The notes below the pieces were generated by a model. The model ran no database searches, was not told where the DNA came from, and worked only from the letters and a program-made list of their open reading frames with translations. This document shows positions 11,978 to 26,430 of a DNA stretch of 64,000 nucleotides, piece by piece (within the stretch, counting starts at the first letter, position 1; each line of letters begins with the position of its first letter). The position numbers were made by a program, and so were the translations under genes. This stretch comes from the human T2T-CHM13v2.0 reference genome, Homo sapiens: NCBI RefSeq assembly GCF_009914755.1, contig NC_060935.1; one strand, given 5' to 3'.

Positions 11978-12388
11978 TATGTCTTTCATTTTATTTCTAT
12001 CAATTGCTGTTCTAGACTGCCTGGCCACAGTTTATTAAAAGTCTCAGACTGGGAATATAATAAACTAAACTATTTCTATTTCATTGCTTATTATGTAACA
12101 AAAGAGAAGTAAAAATATCACTTTACTTCTCGTCTCCAAATGCAGTTTAGTTAAGAAAAAAAATAACTCAGCGAACATGTTATAACCCCTGTTGTACAAT
12201 AACTATGCTTATTGGATTTTGCTATTGACTTTTTCCATTTTTGCCTTTGCAAATGCTGTTTTCTCTTCCTGCAATGCTCTGCCCACTCTTTTTCTTGTCC
12301 TTATGACATATTCTTATTTTCTTCAAAACTCACTCTTCCCTGACAACCTTAGAACAGATCAACTTTTCAATTTTCATAACAGTTTTAG

Positions 12389-12722
<334 letters not shown>

Positions 12723-13639
12723 CTTTTTACCTTTTTATCTCCAGCACCTAGCATATTACCTGGCACCTAGGCTGGCAAATATATATATGCTGAATTTAAC
12801 TGAATACTAGACAAAGTAAAACTCACTCTGTTTTGTTTTCTGTAGTGTTCCATCAAAGCACTTACAATTTTTGTTACCCATCAGGTAAATTACAATGGTT
12901 TGTAAAATAACATTGAAAGCTTTTCAACAGCAAATTTTGTTTCTGAAAAATTTACATTGAGTGGAAAACCAGTATGGTGCCTATAGAAATTGTTGCAATT
13001 ATTTTCCTTTAGTTTTTTTGCCCCATATAAATGGTAAAAATAGGAAATGTTGGGACATTAGTTATGTTTATATGATAATCATTATAGCAAGAAGTAGGGA
13101 TGACAGATTGAAGTTTCAAAGACCAGTCTGCTATCTTGAGAAGTCATATGGGTCCTGTGCTTGTAAATCTGCGCTTGCAATTTAGGACATGTGTCCTAAT
13201 GACTTTTTATTTGGAGCTCATTTTGAAAAATCACTTTTGGTATATCTCTCCTGTTTGATAGTCAAAAAGGCCTCTTGTAGAACAATAATTTTAGTATTTC
13301 TGTAGTATGATCACCTGTTTCTTTGAGTCTCCTAAACAATGAATTTTATTTATGCAAAATAGCCTATGTTTTACATCACCCCACGCCAAATGCACCCTGA
13401 ATATTTAGTGAAAATGGATCCAGCTGTCTTTGTATGATGATGTATCAACAGAAAAACAGATGCACACATTGTTAGTAGTAAAGACTATGCATGTTGTTGT
13501 CTCTATTTGAGAAATTACGTGTCTTTTTGTAACTTTGTGTTTATTTGCATGTATTCTTGATTTCCTTTTTATAAGAATTTCACAGATTTTTTTAATTGGA
13601 AGCTTTGCATTCACTGGCCAGTTCTCTTAACTCATTTAA

Positions 13640-13860
13640 TAAATATTGAATATTATTCTGTGCCAAGCACTGATTTATGGCCTTCACATGTATTAATCTA
13701 TTTAACTATTATAACAGTCCTATGTGGGAAGACTAGTAGCATTCTTCACATTTTTTCGATGAGGAAACTGAGGCTGAGATATTAAGTATCTTTCCAATGT
13801 TGCACAGTTAGTAAGTGGCAGAGCTGGAGTTTAAACCCCCGTAGTCTGTGCACTTAAAAC
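13640..13860 (-). mobile_element. MIR
   Basis: GATGAGGAAACTGAGGCT...AGTAAGTGGCAGAGCTGG. Confidence 0.8.
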
Positions 13861-14567
13861 CTCACACTTAAAATGATGTGATTGATACCTGCAAGGAGAT
13901 TACTTTAAAAGTGACTAAAAGGCTTGAAAGGTTTTAGTGGAGTAGAAGGACAACAGAACTCCCTTCACAATCCACAGTCTTTTTTCTAACATTTGTTGAC
14001 TATGATGTAAGCTGTCAAAGGAAGGAATCTTGTTGTTAATCTTTATTTTATCTCCAGCACCTAGCATTGACCTTGCATTTACTATTTATTACCAAAAAAA
14101 AAAAAAAAATAGAATTCAGGTTGTGGAATAGACAATGATTACATAATTACTTAGAATAGTAGCCTTACTCGGTTAATCCATCATTGTTTAGCAGCTGACT
14201 GAGAGCTCTTTCATCCCACATTGCTCATTGCTTTTAATCCACTTCTTTATCAATCTTCATGGTACACTTAGCCCTAAATACCAAAGACTGTGTTGCCTAT
14301 AAGCAACGTTCTTGATTTTTTCTTCTATTTAGTTGATTCATGGAGAGTAAAACAGTCTGTGATCAATACACAATAAGAGCAATGCAAATGTAAATGGAAT
14401 CCTAAGATTGCTAAGAAAAGTTGCCTTTCATTTAACTTATGTTGAACTCATTTAAATTTTTTAAATGCAAGAGCTATGATTCCTGGTAAGGCTTTCTGGG
14501 TTGTTCAGCAATAGAAACAATATGTATAAATGTTTTTTCTGAAGAGGAAAAGGCAAAAGAAACAACA

Positions 14568-14845
14568 ATCCCAATGCCTTGGGTGGCTGAGGCAGGAGGA
14601 TCATTTGAGGCCAGGAGTTCGAGACCAGCCTGGGCAACATAGTAAAACCTCATCTCTACAAAACATTTCGAAAGCAGCTGGGTGTGATGGCGTGTACCTG
14701 TAGTCCTAACTACTCAGGAGCCTGAGGTGAGAGCAGGGGGTGGGATCACTTAAGCCCAGGTATTTGAGGCTACAGTGAGTTATAATCAAGTCACTGCACT
14801 CCAGCCTGAATGGCAGAGCAAGACCCTGTCTCTTAAAAAAATAAA
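14568..14845 (+). mobile_element. AluJ, 5'-truncated
   Basis: GGCTGAGGCAGGAGGATCATTTGAGGCCAGGAGTTCGAGACC...GACCCTGTCTC followed by an A tail. Confidence 0.88.
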
Positions 14846-16629
14846 GTAACATAATACTATTCTGGTTCCTGATTGTAAGTTTAAAAGTAGATGAGAATAT
14901 AATGCATTTAATGTAATATATGAAAGCCTATCAAAACCCCAAGAGATATTTTTACTCCTTTTTTTGTCCCTTAATTGCCAATTATTCTACTATATTTCAT
15001 TCTAAAAAGAAACAAAAAAAGATTATGCTCTTCCTTCTGCAATAATATTGGATGTTAAATTTTAACAGGTCATAAATGAAAGCTGTTTTTATATGTATTT
15101 AAGATAAAAGGCTGATTTTTAATAACAAAATAACTTTTGTTCTACTTTATGGATTTTTCCTCTTTATTTTTCTACTTTTTAGGCATGTTTTTCAGTTTGA
15201 TTAAATGCCGCACAGTGTGTCTCATGTTATCTGTGTCCTAGTGCTAGAAGACATTCTAATACATTTTGTGTATTGATAGTACTGGCTCTCCCTCCTTCTT
15301 GGGGGATGAACAGGGCTTTATTTTAATACAATTTGGAAATGGTGTCAGAATTCAAGGTTTTATTACTATAGCAACAGAGAATAATGGAAAAACTAAATGT
15401 CAAACATTCGATGTTGCCATAGTAACAATCAGTTGCTTTACCAGATATATTTACTATTCCATTATGGTCAGTTTTTCAAATATGCTTATCCACGTGAATG
15501 CTCGAAAAGGGAAGAAAAAGTTCAGAATCATTTAAGAAAGAAAGAAGCTCCTCAAGAGATGAAAGTAATTTGTTTCACTGCCCATTATTTAGTAAGAAAC
15601 TCACAGAATCCACGAAAAAAGGATATAAAAGAAACAGAAATTCACATTTCTGTCCTAATAAGTATTCTTTCTATTTGCAGTCAGAGAAATTGAAGCATGG
15701 AGTTTAAGGCATGTCTATTTTGTCATTTCATGCTATTTCAAACCATTTTCTCAGAGCTTCTGAAAATAAGGGATTCTGCCATATTGAAATGGAAAACATT
15801 TTTCCTTCTTAAGCAATGCCATTGAGGGCACATGCCTGCCAAACAATTGTACTGACCCTAAAGAAACTCCTTAAAGCAGGCAATAGTTTATTCTTGTCGA
15901 TCTGATTGTCTTCCTTTTCCTTTCAGAAGCCTCCTCCCCTTGCAGACAAAACATTCTCATTATAGTAACTCATCAAGACCATTACTGCTATACAGCTTAC
16001 TAGTGACCTTGTTCCATACCTGTCTCTTCCTTTTCCCATAATTATTTTCACTAGACTAAACCCAGGGAGGACAGGGGTGATGCTCATTTTCACCATTGGA
16101 AATGTAGTTTTTAGCACAATGCCCAGCACATTGTAGGACATAATAAATATTAGTTGAATGAATAAACTTCCATTAAAGGATATCCTTTGTTTTAGTCTCT
16201 CTAAGGCTCTACCGGATGACTGAAACACTAAACTCAAGGTATTTTGTAAATAAGCAACAATGGCCTAATGAGTCACTTTTTTCAAAGTAGAAACTACTTT
16301 AGAAATGACTGGCATTTTCTGATTCATCTGGGAGGTGGTTGTTGACAAGTCAAGATGCACTTATTCTATGGATACAATTTGCTAAATGGTAGTTAAGTTT
16401 CTGGATTGACTAGCAAAACTATATGTAATGCAAACTGCTCCTTGGCTATAAATAAAATAGTATCACTTTAATAGTTTCTAATTCCTTTCATAAAATTATT
16501 TCAGTTCTTCAAAATGAATTGCCATCTCCAATTCAGGATTTCAGGAGCTTATCTCTACCAGCCAAGAATGGTAGTTCTGGCAACAGGAAACATTCCCACG
16601 TGCCACTAATTTGTGGCTAATTATACTTC

Positions 16630-17076
16630 TATGGTAGGAAGGATAACATCCCCTGAAAGATGTCTAAGTCCCAATTCCCAAAACATGTAAATATGTTACC
16701 TTATATGGCATAATAGACTTTTCACATGTGATTGAGGATCACGTGATGGACAAATTATCCTAGATTATTTTGTTGGTCCAATTTAATTGCAAGGTTCCTA
16801 CAAGTAAAAGAGGGAGGAGGAAAGTGAGTGTCAGAGCAATGGCTGTGTGAGAAGACTCCACCAACCAGTGCTGGTACGGAAAAGGCAGTAAGAAGCCCAT
16901 GAGCCAAAGAATAGGGAGAAGACTTTAGAAGCTGAAAAAGGTAAGGAAATTAATTTTAATCCAGTGACTCCAATTTTGGACTTCTGACCTCCAGAACTGT
17001 AAGATGATAAATTTGTGTTGTTTGAAGCCACTATGTTTGTGTTGATTTGTTACAGCAGCAATAGGAAACTAATACA
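16630..17076 (+). mobile_element. MLT1 (MLT1D-like) MaLR LTR
   Basis: ATATGTTACCTTATATGGCA...GACTTCTGACCTCCAGAACTGTAAGA...AGCAATAGGAAACTAATACA. Confidence 0.85.
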
Positions 17077-19912
17077 ACTTCCAGATCTATTTAAGGGAAA
17101 CGAGCTTTCAAAGAGCAATGGTTCTGAGATGCTTTGGATTTAGCCCACGTAACATTGAGTTACAAACTCTTAGCTCACCCACTACAGCTATCTTTATTTT
17201 CTAGTGAGCAAAAGAACTCCAATCATATTGAAGAGGAAAAAACTAAAAATAATAATGAGAAATAGCAATCATAAAAAGACAAAAAAAAAAGCAAAAGTAA
17301 AAATTGTACAAATACATTAATTAATAAGAATCAAAAACCCCAACCAGGTTAAATCAACATGGATGATTCAGTAATAATTAGTTTTTCTCTGGAAAATTTT
17401 GGGGATTCTAATGATCTGCATATCCATTTACGCAGAGGGACTTTGAGTGTTGTCAAGCATTTTGTGCAGTCTGATTCTAAGTGACCTCATGATATGTTAG
17501 TTTCAGTTTATGAGCATCAAATTTTATTATCCCTTAAAGGACTCCCTTAGAAGGTTACTCAGAATTTGTCCTTATCAATACAAAAAATTAGTCTTTGAAA
17601 TAGACTTGTAAGAACTAAAAAAATAGCCCTTGGTTTGGAACACCTCCAGTGCAAACAGTAGGAAACCAAACTTTGAGAAACAGCGCGTAATCATTCTTCC
17701 TGCAAGTCTTGTATAATGAATTGGAGACAAAATCCCACTGTGGCATAAGATAAAGAACTATAAAGAGGGGTTGAAGGGAGGTAGGAAAAAAAGTATTTAA
17801 CATGTTTATTCTCAAGAGATGATCACACTCATTAGGTAGATCACTGTAAAATTATTCTTTTTCTTGGGACACTTGGGTTTGAGCTTTTATTTTTTATTTC
17901 ATCTATAATCTTTCCAAGTGTATCTCTATAAGATAAGGAATACTATACCATTATTGCACCTTACACAAATGACAATTGTTACAATTGAATCTAGGTATTA
18001 GTTACCTTACCAGATAAATATGTGGCTGTGATGTGCTTACATGCTGTATTTTCCAAAAGCTTTATAGAGAACTGACAACAGATATTCCAAAGATTAAGAT
18101 GGGAATCACTAGACACACAGGAGTAGAAGTGTCTCCGTAGGGTAATCTAGTTCAAATAGCTGAATATTCGGATCCCATTACCCCAACAGCACTAAACTTT
18201 TCTAGCTAAATTTCTTTGGATCCTTTAATTAATTATCATAATAAGATTTCAAGCCTCTTTACCCTTTGGGCCTTTAGAATACTTCTAGTGTTCTACCTCT
18301 TTTCAAATGTAATACACAATATTCTAGACATAAAAGCCGTATTCTAAATGGAAACTCCTGTGGCAGAGTAATCAAATGATCATTTTTCTTCTTCTGGATA
18401 TTAAACTTCTATTAATGAAATCTAAGATTACATCAATCTCTTGATTATCTGTTTTGATTGTCACATTTATTTATTCAACAAAAATTTATTGGAGGCCTAC
18501 TATGTAAACAAACAAAAATCCCTGTTCTTACAGAGTTTACTCTCTATGACCTATATCATTGACTTATAAATGTATAAAATCTAAATTTACTTTGAACTTA
18601 TTTTGAAATATACTTCTAAGATTCTGCCAGCTTCACTCCTGCTATAAGTCACTGCTTTTCCAAATGGTGTCTACTTCTCTGTTCTGACAACAGTTTTCAA
18701 GATTTTATAGCTTACCGTGTGTAAGAGTCACCATTTTTTCACGATCAACAGATCTTCAAATAGAAATATTTTTATACACTTTTTATACTTGCCATTTAAC
18801 TAAAAATTATTTATGAAAACCATAACAATTGAAAATGAGCAGGACTACAGTGAAAAACCTAGAAAACAAGGCAACAATAACAAGAAACTAAATGATACAA
18901 CTTCAGCACTTTTAGAATGATGAAAAAAAAAATATGCACAAATACAGGAAGCCAAGCATTGCCTTATAGTTAATTGCCAAAATGATAGCAGTGCACTGCT
19001 GAGGACAATTATTAAGAAGCACATCACTTGGCATTTTCTGTGTTGGCCATTTGATTATACTTGTTTCCATTTGTGCATGTGGACTTTGGACATTTTTTAA
19101 AATTATGCTGCAAAGAAAGCCAAGCATGTTTTTTTTTGTTTTATATGGTGAAAAAAATTGTTTTGCAGCATCACTGACTAAAGTAATAACTGTTATTTCA
19201 AGGCACTTTTCAAAAGCATGAGGCACTACTTTTGCTGGGAAGCAAAGATACCTAGGGTCATTTGACAAACTAATCCGTAGGGAATTTCTCACAGCTAACA
19301 AAAGAAAGGGTCTGTTCAAAATTCTAATATGACTGGTTGTGTTTCTCCCTCACCCCCAGCTCTAAGCAGTTTTTAAAACTTTGCTTCTTCAGTGCTTTTA
19401 AAAACTGCTCTATCCTATCTCCTCTGTGTTCAGGTGCTCAACATCTTTTGCCTATATAAAGGAATGATCCCCCAAATAACTCTCCACTCCAATCTATCCC
19501 CATTTGCTCTTCTGCAGATTCTCATCTTAAAGCATAGATCCCATCTTGTTTCCCTCTTCCTCAAGAACCTCTTATCCTGCTTCCTGATGTTCTTTTCCAT
19601 ACCAACATCTCAACTTCTGAGTCTTTACAAGGTAATTTCCATTTATATTTCTTGACACCAACAGGCAGGGGTTCTTTATTCTCTGCCTGTACCTTTTATC
19701 TGGGATTTTGTTCACATAGAGATTTTTGTCTAGTGTTATTGTTTGCTTAGGGGGAAGTTGGGGGGCAGAATGGTGGGGTCTATATGCTAGGCTGCAATAC
19801 TTGCTAAGAAGTGGGTGAGTTTCTGTGCCTTTGGCAGGAAAGTAGGTTATTGTGTCTTGGATAAGCACTGAAAGTTGGCAAAAAGAATAGACAGGACAGT
19901 GGAGACTGCCTG

Positions 19913-19946
19913 ACAAACAAACAAACAAACAAACAAACAAACAAAA
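19913..19946. repeat. (CAAA)n microsatellite
   Basis: About 8 tandem ACAA units. Confidence 0.9.
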
Positions 19947-20339
19947 CTTCAAAGACAGCACAGGAGGAGGGGTTTATGTGGGAACTGGTGAAGGAAGAGC
20001 AGACAGTTGAAGATCTGGTTGGGTAGCAGGCTGGGCCTAGTTATACAAATAGGTGTCAGGTTCACAGCAACACAAGGACTTATAGTAGAGGCTATATAAA
20101 AGGTGAGTTTTGACCATTTCTCTATGCATAATTAAGTGAGCTTGGTTCGTAAGAGCAGTATAAGATATTGCCTATTCATGGCTGAATTAGAAGTTTAATC
20201 AGATAGAAATATTTTAGCCATTAATATATATGTTTAAAATCTCATGCATTGATTGATTAGTTGTTGTTGTTTTTCCTATCAAGCAGTTTTGTGTAGTGGA
20301 GACATCATTGGATGTCGATTCAAAGAGGTTTGAGTTCGT

Positions 20340-20930
20340 GGAAGATTATATATTGCGAAAATGGCTGCAATATCTCCCATCCCCCTCAGTGTTCTCCTGC
20401 AAAGTGGCTTTGCCACTCCCCAATCAAGAGGAGTCTACTTCTCTTTCTTGAATCTGCACAGGTCCTGTGACTATCTTGACCAAAACAAAAAGAAAAACAA
20501 ACAAACAAACCCAACAACAAAAAACCAGCAGAAGTAATGCTACACCAGTTCAGATATAGCCCTTAGCTGGCTTGGCAGTTTCCACTTTGCCCTCTTACAA
20601 AGCAGCCACCATATCAGAAGTTTGGTCACGCTGATACTACCAAGCTGTCAGAATCCCATGCATTGTGGATAGGTCCTAAAGGAAAAGATGTCACGTGGTG
20701 AAGAAAAGATGCCGAGAAGCACTGAGGCAGCAGACAGGTAAGTGAAGAAACCACCTTGGAAGTTGAATCCTCACCATCTGCCTCTAATGCTTCATAGAAC
20801 ATAAACAAACTACAAAGCCAAATCTTTTTGGAATTCCTGATCCACAAAATGGGGAGGGAGGGAGATACAATGATGGTTCTAAACCACTAAATTTTGGGGT
20901 GTTTTGTTAAACAGCAGTGGATAACCAAAA
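20340..20930 (+). mobile_element. Old MLT1 LTR (F/G/H-type)
   Basis: CTTTGCCACTCCCC..TCAAGAGG..., GAATTCCTGATCCACAAAAT, AACCACTAAATTTTGGGGT...ACAGCAGTGGATAAC. Confidence 0.7.
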
Positions 20931-22443
20931 TAGGATTATTGTTTCATTTCTGTCATTTAGTAATCCAGTAACTGAAGTTTTTCACCCACATCTATAAAAT
21001 GTAGACATTGATCCTGGTCTGTCTACCTCATGTACTTGCTGTGATTTTCAAAGAAGATAAATAGATGGAAGTATAGTGAAGGCAAGATATTATTACTGCA
21101 GCTTGAAAAATCTCTATGTCTATAAGACTGATTTGTATGTGTCCATTACATGTTTTCATTATCTCATGATGGTTCTTTCCAATTGTAAGCATGGATATTT
21201 GAGATTAGGTAACTGTATTTAATTTGCAGACTTTGAGATAGGTTTCAATTTAGGCGGAATATCTTTTTATTATATATATAATTTACACTATTATGTTGTT
21301 CTGATAATATTTTAAGCAATTGCTAGCATTTTCCCCTCAAATATATTTTACATTACAGTCAAATATGATTAGAAAGCATCCCTACATTTTTTAAATGATC
21401 AAAATGATTTTCCAATCATTTGAACAAATCACAAAGCCTTACAGGAATTCTATGGCTCATTGTTTCTTGACTAAAGTAATTTGAAACAGGAAATAAAAAT
21501 CAATTCTGCTTCTTTAAATAATAGAAAAGCTAAGGAGAAATTAAAAAAGCAGTAAAATAATATTGGCTGTTTTTATTTCTATAGAGCAAGCATATTTTAA
21601 TTTACAGTCAGCAGAGAGACTCTGCAAAATTGGTCAATAATGTAGTTGGGTCACTCTCAAACTTGGAGGCATTCTGGTTAATGAAGGAAGGGCTCCCTTT
21701 TCAATTATAATTCCCAGCGATAATAACCTTATAATGTTGAACAAAGGCTAAATGTGTATTTCTTCTAGTAATAAAATAGAAAATATTGACCAAATAAAGT
21801 ATCAAAACTGTGCTACTTCCAAGCATGATATCTTGGAATTGAGTGTTCTAGTCAATTTAATAATCTAGTTAGTAAAAATTTTCATAGAGAGACAATGGAG
21901 TTTCAAGAAAATAGGTTCTATTCTAAGCTCATCTTCTTACTAGTTGTGTGCCCTGGGGCAAGATATACAACCACCTATGCCTCAGTTTACATTATCTGCT
22001 GCCACATAAAATGGAGATTATCTATATGATTAGGGTTATGATGGTTAAGTAAGAAATAAGTGTAAAGTACCTATCATTATGCTTTATGTCACAGAGCTTT
22101 AATTGGAATTTGTTGCTGTGATATGTATCCTGTGGACAGAATTGGCCCCATTGCTGGATGTGTTGCTAATAGCCTTGACACTTCTATAACCTCTGTTATC
22201 AGTCCTACTCTTATTACTTGTTATTGCACCTGCTGGGTTAGAGGCAGAACTTTTCTTCGTCAGAGGCTCCTGAAAAGATATTTTAGGTTTTCTTATAATC
22301 CCTTTTTCTAGATAAGCTTTCCTTGTGCTTGGTTAGTGGAAACTTGAATCCTGCCTCCAGTCCATTTCTCCACCTGCCCACTGTCAGAGAGCCATGAGAT
22401 GTCCTAGTCCTGGGCCAGCTACTGCTGCTTCCTCTGCACCACC

Positions 22444-22864
22444 TGATATGGTTTGGATATTTGTCCCCGCCCAAATCTCTTGTTGAATTATAATCCCCTG
22501 TGTTGGAGGGGGCCCTAGTGGGAGGTGTTTGGATTATGGGGTTGGATCCCTCATGAATGGCTTGGGTCATCCTGTTGATGATAAGTGAGCTCTTGCTCTG
22601 AGGTCATATGATATCTGGTAGTCTAAAAGTGTGTAGCACCCCCCCACACACACTGTCTTTCTTGCTCCCATTCTTGCCATATGATATGCCTATTCCCCCT
22701 TTGCTTTCCACAGTGATTGGAAGCCTCATAAGGCCTCCCCAGAAGCAGATGCTGCTGTGCTTCTTATGAAGCCTGCAGAACCATGAGCCAATTAACCTTC
22801 TTTTTTAAATAAATTGCCCAGTCTGCCGTATTTATTTGTATCAGTGCAAGAACAGCCTAACACA
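22444..22864 (+). mobile_element. MST (MSTB-like) solo LTR
   Basis: TGATATGGTTTGGATATTTGTCCCC...GAACAGCCTAACACA; TSD CCACC/CTACC. Confidence 0.88.
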
Positions 22865-24406
22865 CTACCCATTAGACACACACAACACTTCTTTGAGACT
22901 CATAATTCTAGTGTCTCTTGTTTCACAGCCCCAAAATCTGTAGATGCATGTGACCAGGACTTCTAGTGAGCTATCCCTCCTCATGCTAGACTTTCCAGTA
23001 GGTTCAGTCTCTTTACTAAAGCCTTTTGGGACATTGCACCTAAAGGTTTGGATTGCCTGTAGATGATTTTCTATGTGAAATCATTCTTTTTGTACCTGCT
23101 GGTCTTGCTGAAGTCACCTACTGCATCAAGTCAGAGGTCAGATCTGTGGCTAGGCTTACATTGAGAATATCATATGGCTAATGCAAACTCAGCCTAGGTA
23201 TATAATGCTTCTTCTTTGATTTACATTTCTAACATGGTAAAAGAAACCAGGACAAAATGAGAAAAGAAAGAAGAGTGCCTTGAATTTTACTCCATTTAAG
23301 AAAAAACATTTCAGCAAGTAGGCCACATATATTTGCATCTTTAAAAAATTAAATCAATACAGTAATCAAACAAAAATCCATTAAGCTATGAAACAGCAGA
23401 GCTACAAATCTACGTTCTTTTTAATGAATGCATTTAATCGTTAAGGGATAAAATGTTCAAAGGGAAAGCCAAATGTGTCCTTGGTTTTAAATAGATTTAA
23501 CCTTGAAAATACTATTTGTATATTCAGCCTCTACCGCTAAAAAGAAATTATTCTCAAAAATGCAATTTACCTTACCAAAAAAAAACCCAAAACATTAAAT
23601 ACTGTTTTTGAAAATGCTGAAATATTAAACATTCACTGGACATCCACAGGATGGACAATACTCTATTAGGTACTTTTGGACCACGGTAATTTTAGTTAGA
23701 GCAGTTCTTGTCCTCAGAAGGCTTAGAATGAAATAAGGAAAGAGGTGGGTGAACATTAGATATAGTAAAAATATGTTAATTTAGTTAATATTAAGTATAA
23801 AATTTGTTAGATCATAAATTAACTACTATTTTAAAATTCTTACTTTATACTGTTCTCTATACCTTTAAGTATGCATCCTAAGTTAAAAAGCCATAGAATT
23901 TTATTTGAAAAGAAATATATAAAGTATCATAATTAGAAAGAGAATCAGTCTTCAAAACTAATCCTTATATGATACTATTCTGTGCCTGATACTATCTAAA
24001 GGGTTCTATACATATTAACACTGAATTCTCATGATGATACTATAATGAAAACACCACTATTATTCCCATTTCTCAGAGGAAGAAACTGATCACTAAGATG
24101 ATAAACAACCCTCTGGCTCCTTGTACCAAATTCAGGTAAAGGAGGAATGACTTGTTCAAATCAAAATAATTTCACATTGCAAAATTGATTTTTAAAACTT
24201 TCAAATATTCACAAAAACAGGACAAATGAAAGTGTAGGACAAAAAAAAAGGAAACCCAGTAGTTTAAAGAAGAGTTTTGAACTGAATTTTGAAAATAAAA
24301 TTTTTGTTATAGGCATTTTCCTGATTAAGTACCTGCTTTAAGCCATTATAGACTAATATATTAGCAGGAATTAGTTTATGTCAGAAAAATAGGATAAGGA
24401 GAGAAG

Positions 24407-24569
24407 GCCAGCTGGGCATAGTGGTGCATGCCTGTAGTCCCAGCTACTTGGTAGTTGAGGCAGGAGAATTGCTTGAACCTGGGGGGCAGAGGTTGCTGTG
24501 AGCCAAAATTGCACCACTGCACTGCCAGGGTGACAGAGTGAGACTCCATCTCAAAAAAAAAAAAAAAAA
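24407..24569 (+). mobile_element. Alu right monomer (AluS-type)
   Basis: GCTGGGCATAGTGGTGCATGCCTGTAGTCCCAGCTAC...GAGACTCCATCTC followed by A17. Confidence 0.88.
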
Positions 24570-25635
24570 GATTTCATGACAAAGACACCAAAAGCAATTT
24601 CAACAAAAGCAAAAATTGACAAGTGGGATCTAATTAAAGAGCTTCTACACAGAGAAATAAACTCTCATCAGAGTGAACAGATAACGTACAGAATGGGAGA
24701 AAATTTTTGCAAACTATACATCTGACAAAGGTCTAATATTCAGCATCTATTAGGAACTTAAACAAATTTACAAGAAGAAAAAGCATTAAAAAGCGGTCAA
24801 AGGACATGAACAGACACTTCTCAAAAGAAGATACACATGCAGCCACCAATCATATGAAAAAAAGCTCAACATCACTTGTCATTAGAGAAATGCAAATCAA
24901 AACCACAGTGAGACACCATCTCACACCAGTCAGGATGGCTATTATTAAAAAGTCAAAAAAGAACAGATGCTGGCCAGGTTGTGGAGAAAAAGGAACACTA
25001 ATACACTGTTGGTGGGAGTGTAAATTAGTTCAACCATTGTGGAAGACACTGTGGTGTTTCCTCAAAGACCTAACGACAGAAATACCATTCGACCCAGCAA
25101 TTCCATTACTTGGGTATATACCCAAAGGAATATAAGTTGTTCTGTTATAAAGACACATGCATGTGTATATTTATTTTAGCATTATTCACAACAGTAAAGA
25201 CGTGGAATCAACCTAAATGCTCATCAATGACAGACTGGATAAACAAAATGTGGTACATATACAACATGGAATACTATAAAACCATAAAAAAGAACGAGAT
25301 CATGTCCTCTACAGGGACATGGATGGAGCCGGAGGCTATTATCCTTAGCAAACTGAATCAAGAACAGAAAACAAAATACAGCATGTTCTCACTTATAAGT
25401 GGGAGCTAAATGATGAGAACACTTGGACACATAGAAGGGAACAACACCCACTGGGGCCTATCAGAGGGAGTAGGAGGAGGCAGAGGATCAGAAAAAATAA
25501 CTAATGGGTACTAGGCTTGATACCTGGGTGATAAAATAATCTGTACCACAAACCCCCATGACACACATTTACCTATGTAACGAATCAGCACATCTTGCAC
25601 ATATACCCCTGAACTTAAAAGTTTAAAAAAAGAAA
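24570..25635 (+). mobile_element. L1PA (older primate, ~PA11-13-like) 3' fragment: ORF2 C-terminus + 3'UTR + A tail
   Basis: ORFs 24806-25135 and 25110-25409 are frameshifted ORF2 C-terminus ([26 protein letters not shown]). 3'UTR AAATAACTAATGGGTACTAGGC. Confidence 0.93.
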
Positions 25636-25789
25636 TATGCAAAAAGAAAAAACAATGTTATATGAGTCTAACAATTCCATAAGAAATGTATAAAACCAAT
25701 GAAGTTCAAATTTAAAAAATGGCAGCCAGTGAATTGTATCTTTGTTGTTTCTTCACCTTTTACAATATGTCTTTACTGTTTGCTATGGA

Positions 25790-26430
25790 GTCTGTTGAAA
25801 TCTGTGCTGTTTTGTGAATTGCTTGGACCAACAGAATGCAATAGTAGTGGTATCTGGGACTTCCAGGGCCAGGCCTTGAGACCCTGTAGCTCTGTTTTCA
25901 GTTAGAGGGAAGCCAACCACCATGGAAAGAAGTCCAGGCCATCCTGCTGAGGAGAGGGGCCCTAGAACAGTGCTTTCCAATAGATTCCTGTTATAATGGA
26001 AGTACTCTACATTGTCCAGTGTGGTAGCCACTAGCCACATGTGGCTATTGGGCACTCCAAACATAACTTGTAACTGAGAAACTAAATGCTAAACTTTATT
26101 TAATTTTGATTAATGTAATTTTCTATGTAAAAGACATACATGGCTAGTACTTACCAAATTGGTAAGTGCACCCCAAAGGAAAGAGGTCACATGAGGAAAG
26201 AGGCCACATGAAGAACTAACGTGTCCAAAATGACTGCCAGCAACAAGGCACCAGATGTGAGAGGCCTCCAACCCTAGTTAAATCTCCTAGCTGACACCAA
26301 ATGGAACAAAGACAAGCTGTCCCTGCTGAGCCCTGCCCAAATCCCTAACCTAGAGAATCACAAGCAATAAGATTGTTTTCAGCCATTGAATTTGAGGTAT
26401 TTTGTAATTCAGCAATAGGTGACTGATATA
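25790..26430 (+). mobile_element. Old MLT1 LTR interrupted by MER3 (~25967-26170)
   Basis: CAGTGCTTTCCAATAGA...GTAGCCACTAGCCACATGTGGCTATTG (MER3); flanks GCTGAGCCCTGCCCAAAT...CAGCAATAGGTGACTGATA (MLT1). Confidence 0.7.

Larger units (their letters stand above)
9030..12015. mobile_element. Charlie1/MER33-family hAT element split by L1MA, Alu and THE1 insertions (pieces ~9030-9432, ~11350-11401, ~11978-12015)
   Basis: GTGCTGTCCAA...GTGGCTAGT...TGAATTGAGATGTGCTGTAAGTGTAAAATA...ATTAATTTTACCTGTTT, resuming as TTTAATGAGGCTAATAGAAAATTT after the L1. Confidence 0.7.

Noticed and set aside
15151-15707. Strong plus-strand acceptor (pyrimidine tract + TAG at 15182) followed by short ORFs, possible lncRNA exon
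   Set aside because: No partner exon or coding signal can be established; such tracts are common in AT-rich DNA.
24806-25409. Two overlapping ~100-aa ORFs
   Set aside because: Frameshifted L1 ORF2 C-terminus.
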